63,700 bases of DNA from Octopus sinensis (GCF_006345805.1 NW_021824842.1:1-63700), one strand, 5' to 3'. Shown: positions 24,221 to 37,516, counted from the first letter of the stretch. The notes: generated from the sequence alone by a model not told the origin. A program made the numbers and translations.

Positions 24221-24457
24221 GTGTATATATAAAGGATGGGTGAGAAAGAAAAGGGGATAAACCAAAGTTATGTGATAACATAAATGATGTTGGGCCCCAT
24301 GGAGGCAATGACCGAGACCTTTGGGATTATGTCATGCTTGAGAAGAAAACCCATCAAGCCTAGCAAAATTGCAGTCTTGGTAGATACCAGTGTCATGCAA
24401 AGGGCACCAGTGCTTCACCCTTCTCAGTACAAATAAATAAAATATTTCTATACCAGC

Positions 24458-24618
24458 AGGAGTGGCTGTGTGGTAAGTAGCTTGTTTACCAACCACATGG
24501 TTCCGGGTTCAGTCCCACTGCGTGGCACCTTGGGCAAGTGTCTTCTGCTATAGCCTCGGGCCGACCAAAGCCTTGTGAGTGGATTTGGTAGACGGAAACT
24601 GAAAAGAAGCCCGTCATA

Positions 24619-24649
<31 letters not shown>

Positions 24650-24846
24650 GTTTGTGTTTGTCCCCCTAGCATTGCTTGACAACCGATGCTGGTGTGTTTA
24701 TGTCCCCGTCACTTAGCGGTTCGGCAAAAGAGACCAATAGAATAAGTACTGGGGTTACAAAGAATAAGTCCCGGGGTCGAGTAGCTCGATTAAAGGCGGT
24801 GCTCCAGCATGGCTGCAGTCAAATGACTGAAACAAGTAAAAGAGAG
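24458..24846 (+). mobile_element. SINE family A, near full length
   Basis: Same head, body and tail as the 9923 copy. Confidence 0.85.
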
Positions 24847-25145
24847 TAAAAAGAGAATACCCATTACGTTACAATCAAAAAATTTTTATATTAATATCAA
24901 CTTAATCATCTTAAACTATTTAAAAACTTAATCTAAATCAAAAATAATTTAAATATAATTATCCTTCAACGTAAGTGAGACACATTATAATTATGTTAAT
25001 TTTTGCAATTATATATAAATTATTCCAGAAACAATATCCATTACTTCTACTATGTTACGACTTATCTTATTTAAACAAGAGTGACGGGCGATATGTACAC
25101 TTTACAAAACCATAGTCAACTACACATACTAATAATCACCCACTA

Positions 25146-25465
25146 GGGAAGCACTCCGTCGGTTACGACGACGAGGGTTCCGGTTGATCCGATCAACAGA
25201 ACAGCCTGCTCGTGAAATTAACGTGTAAGTGGCTGAGCACTCCACAGACACGTGTACCTTTAACGTACAACAGAAACAGGAAGTAAGAGTGAGAGAAAGT
25301 TGTGGTGAAAGAGTACAGCAGGGATCACCACCATCCCCTGCCGGAGCCTCGTGGAGCTTTTAGGTGTTTTCGCTCAATAAACACTCACAACGCCCAGTCT
25401 GGGAATCGAAACCGCGATCCTACGACCGCGAGTCCGCTGCCCTAACCACTGGGCCATTGCGCCTC
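25146..25465 (-). mobile_element. tRNA-derived SINE, head type B, tail 3
   Basis: 13-bp TSD TAATCACCCACTA at 25133-25145 and 25466-25478; head GGCGCAATGGCCCAGTGGTTAGGGCAGCGGACTCGCG. Confidence 0.85.
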
Positions 25466-25989
25466 TAATCACCCACTACACTCTCAGAGTGCAGGGTGGT
25501 TGATGTTAGGAAGGGCATCTAGCCGTAAAAACCCTGCCAAAACAGACTGGAGCCTGGCACAAACACATGTACCTATGTTAGGGAGGTGGGAAGGCAACAA
25601 CAAACGACCAAGGCCCTTGGCAATATGCCATGCTTGATTGGACAACCCATCAAGCAAAGTGAAATCATAGTCATGGTAGACACCGGTGTCATGCAACTGG
25701 CATGTAAAAGCACCCATTACACTCTCAGAGTGGTTGGCATGTTAGGAAGGGCATCTAGCTGTAGAAAGCCATGCCAAATCAGACTGGATCCTGGTGCAGC
25801 CTTCCTACATGCCAACCCAGTCAAACCGTCCAACTGGATGTTAAATGATGATGATGCGGTCTTTCTGATACAGGAGAAATTCCAACTAGGGTCAATCAAA
25901 GAACCCCACAGATCCAGGGTTACTCGGACAGCCAAAAGCATGAACCCTTGCTCATCTGTTGTTTTGCTCCAATCTACTGGGGCATTTGT

Positions 25990-26470
25990 AAGTTAAGTTA
26001 AGTTAATTTTTTGGCTCAAAAAGCAAAAAGCAAGGCCATGTAGGGGGACATGGAGTTATGTACAGGGAGGGTGTTCATGCAAAGAGTTCAGGCCATTTCT
26101 GATCAAGAGAGGCTTTGAACCGAGCGGTCGTCGGCATCTTCACCATCTCGTCTGGCAGCTTATTCCATGGATCCGCAACCCAGACGGAGAAAGCCCCTCT
26201 CCTTCAACTGAGATGAAATTGTCGCAGATAGAGCTTTTCAGAGTGACCCCGCAGCCTACACTCTGGAGCAGGAATGAAGAACAGCTCTTTCAAGAGGTTA
26301 CACTTTCCGCTTATGATGTTGTGAGCAAGAATGAGATCACCACGGCGGCGGCGTTTTTCTAGAGAATAAAGGTCGAGCGTCTTCAGCCTTTCTTCATAAG
26401 ACAAATGCTTGAGACCAAGAACCATGCGGGTAGCCAGCTTCTGGACTCTTTCAAGATGATGTATGTCTTG
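25990..26470 (-). mobile_element. 5'-truncated CR1-clade LINE 3' end
   Basis: LERVQKLATRMVLGLKHLSYEERLKTLDLYSLEKRRRRGDLI...LRGH...WNKLP is the typical post-RT CR1 C-terminus; (TAACT)n tail at 25991-26006. Confidence 0.85.
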
Positions 26471-26919
26471 TAGGGTGGGTGATGGTGGGGCCATCCACCC
26501 TAACTATTTTTGTCAACTAGCAATAACCACGCCTCGGATAACCCTCATTGGCCATGGCACCCATGCTGGTGGCATGTAAAAGCACCCGTTACACTCTCAG
26601 AGTGGTTGGCGTTAGGAAGGGCATCCAGCCAGAAAAAAACCTTGCCAAATCAGACTGGAGCTTGCTTCAACCATTTGACTAGAGCCATGCTGGAGTACTG
26701 CCTTGGAGGGTTTTAGTCGAACAAATTGACCCCAGGACTTATTTTTTTTAAGGCTAGTAATTATTCTATCATTCCTGTTTTGCTGAACTGCTACATTACA
26801 AGGATGTAAATACACCAACACCGGTTGTTAAGCAGTGATGGGGATGGGGGCAAACACAGACATAAACACACACACACACACACAGATCGTCATCGTCATC
26901 ATCACTTAATATCCATTGT

Positions 26920-27001
<82 letters not shown>

Positions 27002-28599
27002 CCGGAGTAAACACATAAATGTGAAACAAGGTGGAAAAAAGAGTACTCAAATACCATGAATGGCAACGGGAAACTCAGAGTAACAGGTTTTGTTGAATTT
27101 TCTGCTGCTTTAAATAAAGTATATATATATACATATATATATACGACGGGCTTCTTTCAGTTTCCGTCTACCAAATCCACTCACAAGGCTTTTGTTGGTG
27201 CGAGGCTATAGTAGAAGACACTTACCCAAGGGCTTCTTTCTACACTAGGCAGAGGGACAGGAATTTTGAGCGTAAGGGGCCAAGTCGATTACATCAACCT
27301 CAGTGCTTGATTCGTAATTTATAGATCCCTAAATAGGGACCCTCCCCCCTCGCCGAAAGGCAAAGTCAAGCTCAACAAATAATGAAAAGCCACATTATCA
27401 ACAATGAAACTATGTGATAATGTCTGTCACACAATCCCATAGTATTCGAGTGAGTCAATATATAGTTCACGTTAACCCTTTCCAAGAAGTGTGGGTGGAG
27501 GGCGACGGCGGCTTCGGTGGGGTTTTTCCCCCCCATGTGTATGTGTGAGTGTGTCTGTGTGTGTGTCAGGTTTAAGTGTGGTGTTATCTACACCAAATCC
27601 GGTTTGTGGTCGGCACTCCCTCCCTACCCGCCCCCCCCGCAGACTCTCCTCCGCTCACGTCCACCCCACCCCGCTCCGCCCTCCCTAACTGCGATGGGTG
27701 TTTTTCTTTTCCTTTTTACTTTTTTTTTTTGGATGGTTGGTCACGTGAGGGATGGTGTAAAAATACAAAAAAAAAAACGGTGGTGGCGGCGGCGAGGCTG
27801 GCGAAGCGTGCTTGTGGTAACTTTGTTGGTGGTGGTGGTGGTGGTGGTGGTGGTGGCGATGTAGTCGAAATTAGTGATGTTCTAGTATTTTCTTCATAGT
27901 AGTCATAGTGGTTGTGGTGGTGGTGGTGTGGTGGTGGTGGTGGTGGTGGTGGTGGTGATAGTGGTGATGGTGGTGGTGATGGTGGTGGTGATGGTGGTGG
28001 TGGTGGTGATAGTGGTGATGGTGGTGGTGGTGATGATAGTGGTGATGGTGGTGGTGGTGATGATAGTGGTGATGGTGGTGGTGGTGATAGTGGTGGTGGT
28101 GTTGGTTGTGGTTGTAGTGGTGTCGATAGTGGAGGTCATCTTGTGCGTTGTCGTCGTGGCCGTCGTTTGTGCTTGATGGTGGTTGTGGTGGTGGTGGTGG
28201 TGGCCGTGGCGAGGGACGTCGGTGAAGCTGGTCACTGCAAGTGCGTTGGTGGCGTTAATGTCGATGGTGGTGGCCGCGGCGGCAACGGCGGCAGTGGCGG
28301 TGATGATGGTGACGTTTACCACTTCCTAAAAAGAACAGCAGAACGAAACAAAACCAAACAAAAACCCCCCCAAAAAACACACACACAAAACAAAAGAAGT
28401 AGATAAAAATAACAATAAATAAATAAATAAAATAAAAACAATTAGGAAATAAAAAAAATTTTAAAGAAAGAAGAGGAGGAAAAACAACCAAACAACCGAG
28501 AAACCACTCAGCAATGTTAACAACCGCTATTAAACCGCACCAAGCCTTTTTTTAGCGGGGCTTTTCCTATATTTTACCGGTAAATGACGAACGGTTTAG

Positions 28600-29890
28600 T
28601 CTCTCTGCCTTTCTGTTTCACTCTCTCTTTGTCTCTCTACCTTTCTCTCTCTGTATCACTCACTCTTTGTCTCTCTCTGTTTCACTCTCTCTTTGTCTCT
28701 CTGCCTTTCTCTCTCTGTATCACTCACTCTTTGTCTCTCTCTGTTTCACTCTCTCTTTGTCTCTCTACCTTTCTCTCTCTGTATCACTCACTCTTTGTCT
28801 CTCTCTGGTTCACTCTCTCTTTGTCTCTCTGTTTCACTCTCTCTTTGTCTCTCTGCCTTTCTCTCTCTGTATCACTCACTCTTTGTCTCTCTCTGGTTCA
28901 CTCTCTCTTTGTCCCTCTGTTTCACTCTCTCTTTGTCTCTCTACCTTTCTCTCTCTGTATCACTCACTCTTTGTCTCTCTCTGTTTCACTCTCTCTTTGT
29001 CTCTCTACCTTTCTCTCTCTGTATCACTCACTCTTTGTCTCTCTCTGGTTCACTCTCTCTTTGTCTCTCTACCTTTCTCTCTCTGTATCACTCACTCTTT
29101 GTCTCTCTCTGGTTCACTCTCTCTTTGTCTCTCTACCTTTCTCTCTCTGTATCACTCACTCTTTGTCTCTCTCTGGTTCACTCTCTCTTTGTCTCTCTAC
29201 CTTTCTCTCTCTGTATCACTCACTCTTTGTCTCTCTCTGGTTCACTCTCTCTTTGTCTCTCTACCTTTCTCTCTCTGTATCACTCACTCTTTGTCTCTCT
29301 CTGTTTCACTCTCTCTTTGTCTCTCTACCTTTCTCTCTCTGTATCACTCACTCTTTGTCTCTCTCTGGTTCACTCTCTCTTTGTCCCTCTGTTTCACTCT
29401 CTCTTTGTCTCTCTGCCTTTCTCTCTGTATCACTCACTCTTTGTCTCTCTCTGGTTCACTCTCTCTTTGTCCCTCTGTTTCACTCTCTCTTTGTCTCTCT
29501 ACCTTTCTCTCTCTGTATCACTCACTCTTTGTCTCTCTCTGGTTCACTCTCTCTTTGTCCCTCTGTTTCACTCTCTCTTTGTCTCTCTACCTTTCTCTCT
29601 CTGTATCACTCACTCTTTGTCTCTCTTTGTCTCTCGGTTCACTCTCTCTTTGTCTCTCTGTTTCATTCACTCTCTCTTTGTCTCTCTACCTTTCTCTCTC
29701 TGTATCACTCACTCTTTGTCTCTCTCTGGTTCACTCTCTCTTTGTCTCTCTGTTTCACTCTCTCTTTGTCTCTCTGCCTTTCTCTCTCTGTATCACTCAC
29801 TCTTTGTCTCTCTCTGGTTCACTCTCTCTTTGTCCCTCTGTTTCACTCTCTCTTTGTCTCTCTGCCTTTCTCTCTCTCTGTTTCACTCTC
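28600..29890. repeat. CT-rich minisatellite with about 60-bp composite units (CTTTGTCTCTCTACCTTTCTCTCTCTGTATCACTCACT / GGTTCACTCTCT)
   Basis: Direct reading. Confidence 0.9.
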
Positions 29891-30849
29891 TCTCTTTGTG
29901 GACCGATTAACCTCGCGTTTGTGGGTGACCCTCCTTACATGCGGACGTACGTACACAGACACACAGTCCTTCTCTCTCTCTGTCTCTCTGTTTCACACAC
30001 AGATACGTACGTGCGTTCAGACACGGATATATACACATACATGGTTACGTACAGACATACATACGTACACACGTATATATACGTACATGCTTTCAACACA
30101 CATACATATATACACTCGCACAGAACAGTAAGTGCTTGTAAGAATTACAGAATTACGCTCTTGAGATTTTTTTATTTTATTTCGTATGTTGCTGTCTGTC
30201 TGTCTATGTGTGTATGTATGTGTGTGTGTGTATGTGTGTATGTATGTGTGTATGTATGTGTGTGTGTATGTATGTAGGTATGTATGTATGTGTGTATGTG
30301 TATGTATATGTATGTGTGTGTGTATATGTATGTATATGTGTGTGTAAGTATGTATGTGTGTGTGTATATGTATGTATGTGTGTGTGTAAGTATGTATGTG
30401 TGTGTATGTATGTATGTTTGTATGTATGTGTGTATGAATGTATGTATGTATGTGTGTATATGTAGGTATGTATGTGTGTGTGTGTGTATGTATGAATGTA
30501 TGTGTGTATGTATGTTTGTATGTATGTGTGTGTATGTATGTATGTAGGTATGTATGTGTGTATGTATGTATGTATGTATATATGTGTGTGTATGTAGGTA
30601 GGTGTGTGTGTGTAGGTAGGTGTGTGTGTGTGTATATGTATGTGTATATGTGTGTGTGTGTTTGTGTCTGCCTATTTATCTGTCTGTCTACCTGTCTACC
30701 TACCTATCTGTCTAACTCAATAAGCAAAGCAGAGTGTCTGTGGTGTATGATCGTTGGCAGAAACTCACTGCAGTTGTGACTTAAAAGGACCAGCACGGAA
30801 CTGTTAAGCCTCGAGTCACTACTGATGCAATACCAGATGGTAATAATAG

Positions 30850-31290
30850 ATCATCATCACCATCACCATCATCACTTTCATCATAGTCACCATCATCATC
30901 ATCATCGTCACCATTATCATCATCATCATTATCATTGCCATCATCATCATCATTATCATCATTGTTGATATTATCATCATCATCATCGTTACCATCATCA
31001 TCGTCGTCATCACCACCACCATCATCATCACCATCATCATCATCATCAAAATCAACATCGTCGTCATCATCACTGTCATCATCATCATCATTATCATTGC
31101 CATCATCATCATCATTATCATCATTGTTGATATTATCATCATCATCATCGTTACCATCATCATCGTCGTCATCACCACCACCATCATCATCACCATCATC
31201 ATCATCATCAAAATCATCATCGTCGCCATTATCATCATCATCATCATCATCGTAGTCATCATCAATGCCATCATCATCATCGTCATCTTC
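30850..31290. repeat. (CAT)n tract containing an about 150-bp tandem duplication
   Basis: TCATCATTGTTGATATTATCATC occurs twice (about 10955-type motif at 30955 and 31120). Confidence 0.85.
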
Positions 31291-31299
31291 CTCTTAACG

Positions 31300-31560
31300 T
31301 CCGCTTTTCCATGCTTTCATGAGTCCGACAGAGTTTGTTCGAGTCAAGATTTTCTACACCTGGGTGCTCTCCCGGTCGCCAACCCTCACCTGTTTCCAAA
31401 GCAAGGCAATGTTTCGCAAGGCAAGACACGTTTTCACCCGTGGCAGGATTCCACACAGTTTCCGTCTCCCTAATCCCACCAAAAAAGGGCATTGGCTGGC
31501 CAGGGGCCCTTGTAGAAACTCTGCCCGGGATGCTGAGCTCTGGGACTGAACCCAAAACCA
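31300..31560 (-). mobile_element. Chimeric SINE: family-A-like body joined to an RTE-type (GAT)n tail
   Basis: Minus strand GGGTTCAGTCCC...GACGGAAACTGTGTGGAATCC...GCATGGAAAAGCGGACGTTAAG, then GATGATGAT. Confidence 0.6.
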
Positions 31561-31581
31561 CATTGTCACAAAACAAACCTT

Positions 31582-31979
31582 GGATCTTTTCGGTTTGACC
31601 GGCAGATTTTTAAAATAATTTCCACGTAACTAAAAACTTTTAAACTTCGTATACTGGTAGAATGTGTTTATAAAACATCTTTTTCTCTTGGCTTTATTGA
31701 GAAAATTCTGTAGTTTGTAAGATAATTGTTGTTTTTATTTTTCTTCGATTTCTGCAATTTCAACCAATCAATGACCTCCATTGAGGTAAAAAACAATGTC
31801 CCTTGTTTAAGAAACAGATTGGGTTTATTTACATTTGTGAAGAAAAAAAGATACCCTTCCACCCACCCTTAACCCTAAAAGAGATTGAAATGCAATAGAT
31901 CGATTCTAGGGTTATAATTATGGGTGACAATTTCATATGACACCGCTAGAAAAAACTGCCGTTCAAACCGAAAAGATCC
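31582..31979. mobile_element. Second copy (opposite orientation) of the 3018-3435 MITE
   Basis: TIRs GGATCTTTTCGGTTTGACCGGCAG / CTGCCGTTCAAACCGAAAAGATCC; flanks CAAACCTT / CAAACCTC (7/8). Confidence 0.85.
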
Positions 31980-32831
31980 CAAACCTCTTTACCACACAAC
32001 GATCTTTATATTTTTGTCACATGCTAGAAATAGCAGTCAAATCTCTCTCAAACTATACCCCACAATCTTACAAAAGGTGTGGTGCATTGTGGGATGGTTA
32101 CAGTTTAAATGCCTTTCAGAATAGGTTGTTGGGTCAGACTGACCTAGGGCTAAACAATAAGGATGGATTATAGATCATGTGGAACTAGATATATGGAAAG
32201 CATGGGATGGTCATTGCTGGAATGTCTGGAACTATGCACCATCTCAGTCTGTCTGTCTGTCTCTCTTTCCCTCCCTCTTTCTCTCTCTCTCTCTTGCTGT
32301 CTCTTTCCTTTCTCTCTGTGTCCTTCAACCTCACCGTTCTTCCGTTGTTTCTTCTCATCGGTGGTGGTCATAACAGGCAATGTTGGAAATGGTAATGATG
32401 CTAATAGGGGTGCTGAAGAGTGAAGAGGTGGGGAACTGTTGTCAGGGTAACAGTGGTATGAATATTGTGGGAGTGGTGAGAGTGAGAGTAGCAGCAGTGT
32501 TCATACACACACATACACATACATACAAACATACATACATACATACATACATACATACATACATACATACATACATACATACACACACACACATATACAT
32601 ACGTACACACACATACATATATATATATATATGTTTATATATATATGTGTGTATGTATGTATGTATGTATACATGTGTATGTGTGTGTATATATGTGTGT
32701 GTGTATGTATGTATATATGTGTAAGTGTGTATGAACATGGCTTCTACACACACACACATATATGCACATACATACATATATATATATATATAATATATAT
32801 ATATATACACATGTATGTATGTATATATATG

Positions 32832-32919
<88 letters not shown>

Positions 32920-33234
32920 GTATATATATATATATGTATATATATATGTGTGTGTATACATGTATATACACACACATGTAAGTAATTATGTACTCACACA
33001 CATGCCTGCACATACACGCGCACTTGTAGTGGTGGTGGTGGTGGTGGTGATGGTGACGATGTGGAAATACTTTCAATGGGAGAGGAAGGAAAGGAAAGTC
33101 ACACTTAATGACCTCCCCCCCCCCTGTCTTCTCTTGGTTTATGATGTTGCTGCTGCACTTGGTGCTGTTGTTACTATTGTTGACCCTATGGCTGTATATG
33201 TAAACCAGGATGGCTAATAATCCTTTCTGCAATA

Positions 33235-33962
33235 GGCACAAGGCCTGAAATTTTGTGGGGACGGAGTCCAGTCGATTAGATTGACCCCAGTATGCAGCTG
33301 GTACTTAATTTATCAACCTCCCAAAAGGATGAAAAGCAAAGTCGACCTTGGTGGGATTTGAACTCAGAACGTAGTGACGGACGAAATACCTATTTCTTTA
33401 TTACCTACAAGGGGACAAACAAGGACAGACAAACGGATTAAGTCGATTATATTGACCCCAGTGCGTAACTGGTACTTATTTAATCATCCCCGAAAGGATG
33501 AAAGGCAAAGTCGATCTCGGCGGAATTTGAACTCAGAATGCAAAGACAGACAAAATACCTATTTCTTTACTACCCACAAGGGGCTACACACCAAGAGGAC
33601 AAGCAAGGACAGACAAACGGATTAAGTCGATTATATCGACCCCAGTGCGTAACTGGTACTTATTTAATCGACCCCAAAAGGATGAAAGGCAAAGTCGATC
33701 TCGGCGGAATTTGAACTCAGAACGTAACGGCAGACGAAATACCTATTTCTTTGCTACCCACAAGGGGCTAAACACGGAGAGGACAAACAGATTAAGTCAA
33801 TTATATCGATCCCAGTGCATAACTGGTACTTATTTAATCGACCCCGAAAGGATCAAAGGCAAAGTCGACCTCGGTGGAATTTGAACTCAGAATGTAGTGA
33901 CGGGTGAAATACCGCTAAGCATTTCGCCTGGTGTGCTAACGATTCTACCAGCTCACCGCCTT
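33235..33962 (-). mobile_element. SINE family C with about 4 tandem core units
   Basis: Head GGCGGTGAGCTGGTAGAATCGTTAGC at about 33960-33930; repeated GAGTTCAAATTCC(G/A)CCGAGGTCGACTTTGCCTTTCATCC units. Confidence 0.8.
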
Positions 33963-34311
33963 AGTAATAATAATAATGATAATAATAATAATAATAATAA
34001 TCTTTTCTACTCTAGGCACAAGACCTGCATACACACACACATGCATAGACGCAAATACACACACACACACATGCACACACACACATGCATACAGTCACAT
34101 GCATACAGTCACATGCATAGACTCACACACACACACACACACACACACACATTCTTATGTGGAGGGAAGGGCCTTTTTTCCCATCGGCAACATATATTAA
34201 AAACATGCCTATATTGCACTTTTTAACTTTTTATGGATAATTCCAACCCCCCACCTTATTTTTGTAGGGTTCCCCTAACAGTTTGTTTGGATTTAAGGAC
34301 TTTATTTATTA

Positions 34312-34654
34312 AAAAAGGGTAAAGACCCCCTTCGGTCAGGTACTGACCATGGGTTTGCACCTAGAGAGATACCCTCTGAGGCACAAGTCTGGGCAAGGTT
34401 GTTTTATGGAAGACCAGCAGTCGCCCATGCATACCGGCCTCCCCTCTCCACGTCACCGATGTTGTCCAAGGGAAAGGCAAGGGCCGATACAGCTTGGCAC
34501 CTGTGACGTCGCAACTCATTTCTACAGCTGAGTGAACTGGAGCAACGTGAAATAAAGTGCCTTGCTCAAGAACACAACACGCAGCCCCGTCCGGGATTCG
34601 AGCTCACAACCTCACGATCGTAAGCTCGACGCTCTAACCACTGAGCCATGCGCC
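34312..34654 (-). mobile_element. tRNA-derived SINE, head type D
   Basis: Head GGCGCATGGCTCAGTGGTTAGAGCG...GAGCTCGAATCCC; 11-bp TSD TTTATTTATTA at 34301-34311 and 34655-34665. Confidence 0.85.
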
Positions 34655-34951
34655 TTTATTTATTACTCTACACGAATTTTAAGGGTTTCATATGAAAATG
34701 TAACAAAGCCCTAAAACTGTATACTTTCCACTATAGGTGCAAGACCAGAAATTTTGGGTGGTGAGAGGGCTACACCGACCCCCAAGTGTTCAGCTGGTAC
34801 TTATTCTATCGTCCCAGAAAGGATAAAAGACAAAGTCGACCCCAGCGGAATTTGAACACTGAACGTAATTATATATATAAAACCAGTGTTTTCTTGGATG
34901 TAATTATCATCCCTTTAACAGGTTAATATATCCCTTTAAGAGGTTCATATC

Positions 34952-35460
34952 ATCATCATCATCATCATCATCATCGTTTAACGTCCGCTTTCCATGCTAG
35001 CATGGGTTGGACGGTTCAACTGGGGTCTGGCAAGCCCGAAGGCTGCACCAGGCCAGTCAGATCTGGCAGTGTTTCTACAGCTGGATGCCCTTCCTAACGC
35101 CAACCACTCCGAGAGTGCATTGGGTGATTTTATGTGCCACCGACACAAGTGCCAGACGAGGCTGGCAGACGGCCATGCTCGGATGGTGTTTTTTATGTGC
35201 CACCGACACAGGTGCCAGACGAGGCTGGCAGACGGCCACGCTCGGATGGTGTTTTCTTATGTGTCACCGGCACAGGTGCCAGACGAGGCCGGCGAACGGC
35301 CACGCTCGGATGGTGTTTGTTACGTGCCCTCAGCACAGAGGCCAGTCGATGCGGTACTGGCTACGGTCACATTCAGATGGTTTTCTTATGTGCCACCGGC
35401 ACTGGTACTGGTACCATAAAGGATACAAATTCCATTGATGTACATCTATTTTGATTTGGT
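34952..35460 (-). mobile_element. RTE-type 3'-end element with 3-4 diverged 62-bp-type units
   Basis: (CAT)n-GTTTAACGTCCGCTTTCCATGCTAGC terminus; CGGATGGTGTTTTTTATGTGCCACCG units. Confidence 0.75.
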
Positions 35461-35545
35461 TTTGATTTTGATTTTGATTTATATATATATATATATATGC
35501 AATAATAAATCTCTGAACGAGATGTAAACAGTAACTGCTCGACAA

Positions 35546-35874
35546 CGTAAAGTATACTAGCCATCTCAATATGGCTAACCCCTAAGGGTGGGTGTTACTG
35601 TAGCTTTACTGGAAAAACAATAAATATTTGCAAACGGTCTCCCTTCATCGAAAACCGATGATTGGCATACGCTGAAGACAGGCAAATACCTAGAACTGCA
35701 GTCCATGCGTATCACTTAGGTTGACGAGAGAGGGATGACCTCTCTTTGCAAATACCATAAGGGCACAGAAAGTGTGCCTAAAGCCAGCTGGAGACAATGA
35801 TCTCCTGGGGCTACAAGCTACAATAACACCCACCCTTAGTGGTTAGCCATATTGAGATAGCTAGTATACTTTAC

Positions 35875-35875
<1 letters not shown>
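35546..35875. mobile_element. MITE with about 60-bp TIRs (possibly Tc1/mariner-type, TA target)
   Basis: 35545-35605 matches the reverse complement of 35816-35876 at 58/61; right flank is (TA)n. Confidence 0.85.
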
Positions 35876-35921
<46 letters not shown>

Positions 35922-36221
35922 CATTGTCGCATAACCAGCCCCAGCCCACACAAAAGTACCTCAGATCGTAGGCAACATACTTGACCTATTGAGTCAAGTA
36001 CATCAAAATCAAAATCAAATGGAAATTGTAGTTGTGATCCCCGTGCCAGTGGCATGTAAAAAGCACCCACTACACTCTCGTAGTGGCTGGTGTTAGTAAG
36101 GGCATCCAGCTGTAGAAACACTGCCAGATCAGACTGGAGCCTGGTGCAGCCTCCTGGCTTTCCAGACCCCAGTCGAATCGTCCAACCCATGACAGCATGG
36201 AAAACAGATGTTAAACTGTGA

Positions 36222-36258
<37 letters not shown>

Positions 36259-36261
<3 letters not shown>

Positions 36262-36660
36262 GCGCAGGAGTGGCTGTGTGGTAAGTAGCTTGCCTACCAA
36301 CCACATGGTTCTGGGTTCAGTCCCACTGCGTGGCATCTTGGGCAAGTGTCTTCTGCTATAGCCTCGGGCCGACCAATGCCTTGTGAGTGGATTTGGTAGA
36401 GGGAAACTGAAAGAAGCCCGTCGTATATATGTATATATATGTATGTATATGTTTGTGTGTCTGTGTTTGTCCCTCTAGCATTGCTTGACAACCGATGCTG
36501 GTGTGTTTACGTCCCCGTCACTTAGTGGTTCGGCAAAAGAGACCGATAGAATAAGTACTGGGCTTACAAAGAATAAGTCCCGGGGTCGATTTGCTCGACT
36601 AAGGCGGTGCTCCAGCATGGCCACAGTCAAATGAGTGAAACAAGTAAAAGAGTAAAAAAG
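36259..36660 (+). mobile_element. SINE family A, near full length
   Basis: Same head, body and tail as the 9923 copy. Confidence 0.85.
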
Positions 36661-36699
36661 TAAAGAGTATATATATATATATACATATATAGTTCAAAT

Positions 36700-36860
36700 T
36701 TACAGAAAACAAAAGATGAAGACAGGTGAGGGAACAACAAGCAGGTATAGTAGTTTGACACTCAGGGAAAATGTAAAAGTCTTTGATGTTTCGAGCCTGT
36801 GCTCTTTATCAGAAAGGATTGAGAGAAAAGAAACAAAAGTGAGAACAGAAAAGAAATGGA
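36700..36860 (-). mobile_element. Family H2 copy with hammerhead-like motif (36781-36816, core CTGATAA)
   Basis: Minus strand CTTT CTGATAA A GAGC acag GCTC GAAAC ATC AAAG. Confidence 0.6.
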
Positions 36861-36964
36861 GAGAGAAAAAAATGAGTTGGGATTAATGGTTCACCATGAT
36901 TATATGTATGTTTATGTGTATATATATATATGTATGTATATATATATATATGTGTATGTATATG

Positions 36965-37101
<137 letters not shown>

Positions 37102-37472
37102 ATATAACATATATATATATATGTACATACATATATATACATATATACACACACACATGTATGTACATATGCAACATATATATATATTTGTATATATATA
37201 TATATGTGTGTATGTATATATATATTATATATACATATGTATATATATGTACATACATATATATACATATATACACACACACATGTATGTACATATGCAT
37301 GCATATATATATATATTTGTATATATATATATGTGTGTGTGTATGTGTGTATATATGTATATATATATATATATGTATACACATATATATATATGTATAC
37401 ATACATACACATATGTGCTTACCAAGAAATATGTTGTGTGTATGTGTATTTATAGTTAAAAGTATTTGTGTC

Positions 37473-37516
<44 letters not shown>

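Noticed and set aside
27050-27095. GA-ATGGCAACGG-GAAAC-TC fragment resembling a hammerhead 3' half
   Set aside because: The 5' core and stem I are absent in this copy.
35660-35712. Hammerhead-like string inside the long-TIR MITE (CTGAAGA…GAAC-TGCA-GTC)
   Set aside because: Lacks one A of GAAA, stem II closure is imperfect and stem I needs a bulge at the second pair; not called as a ribozyme.
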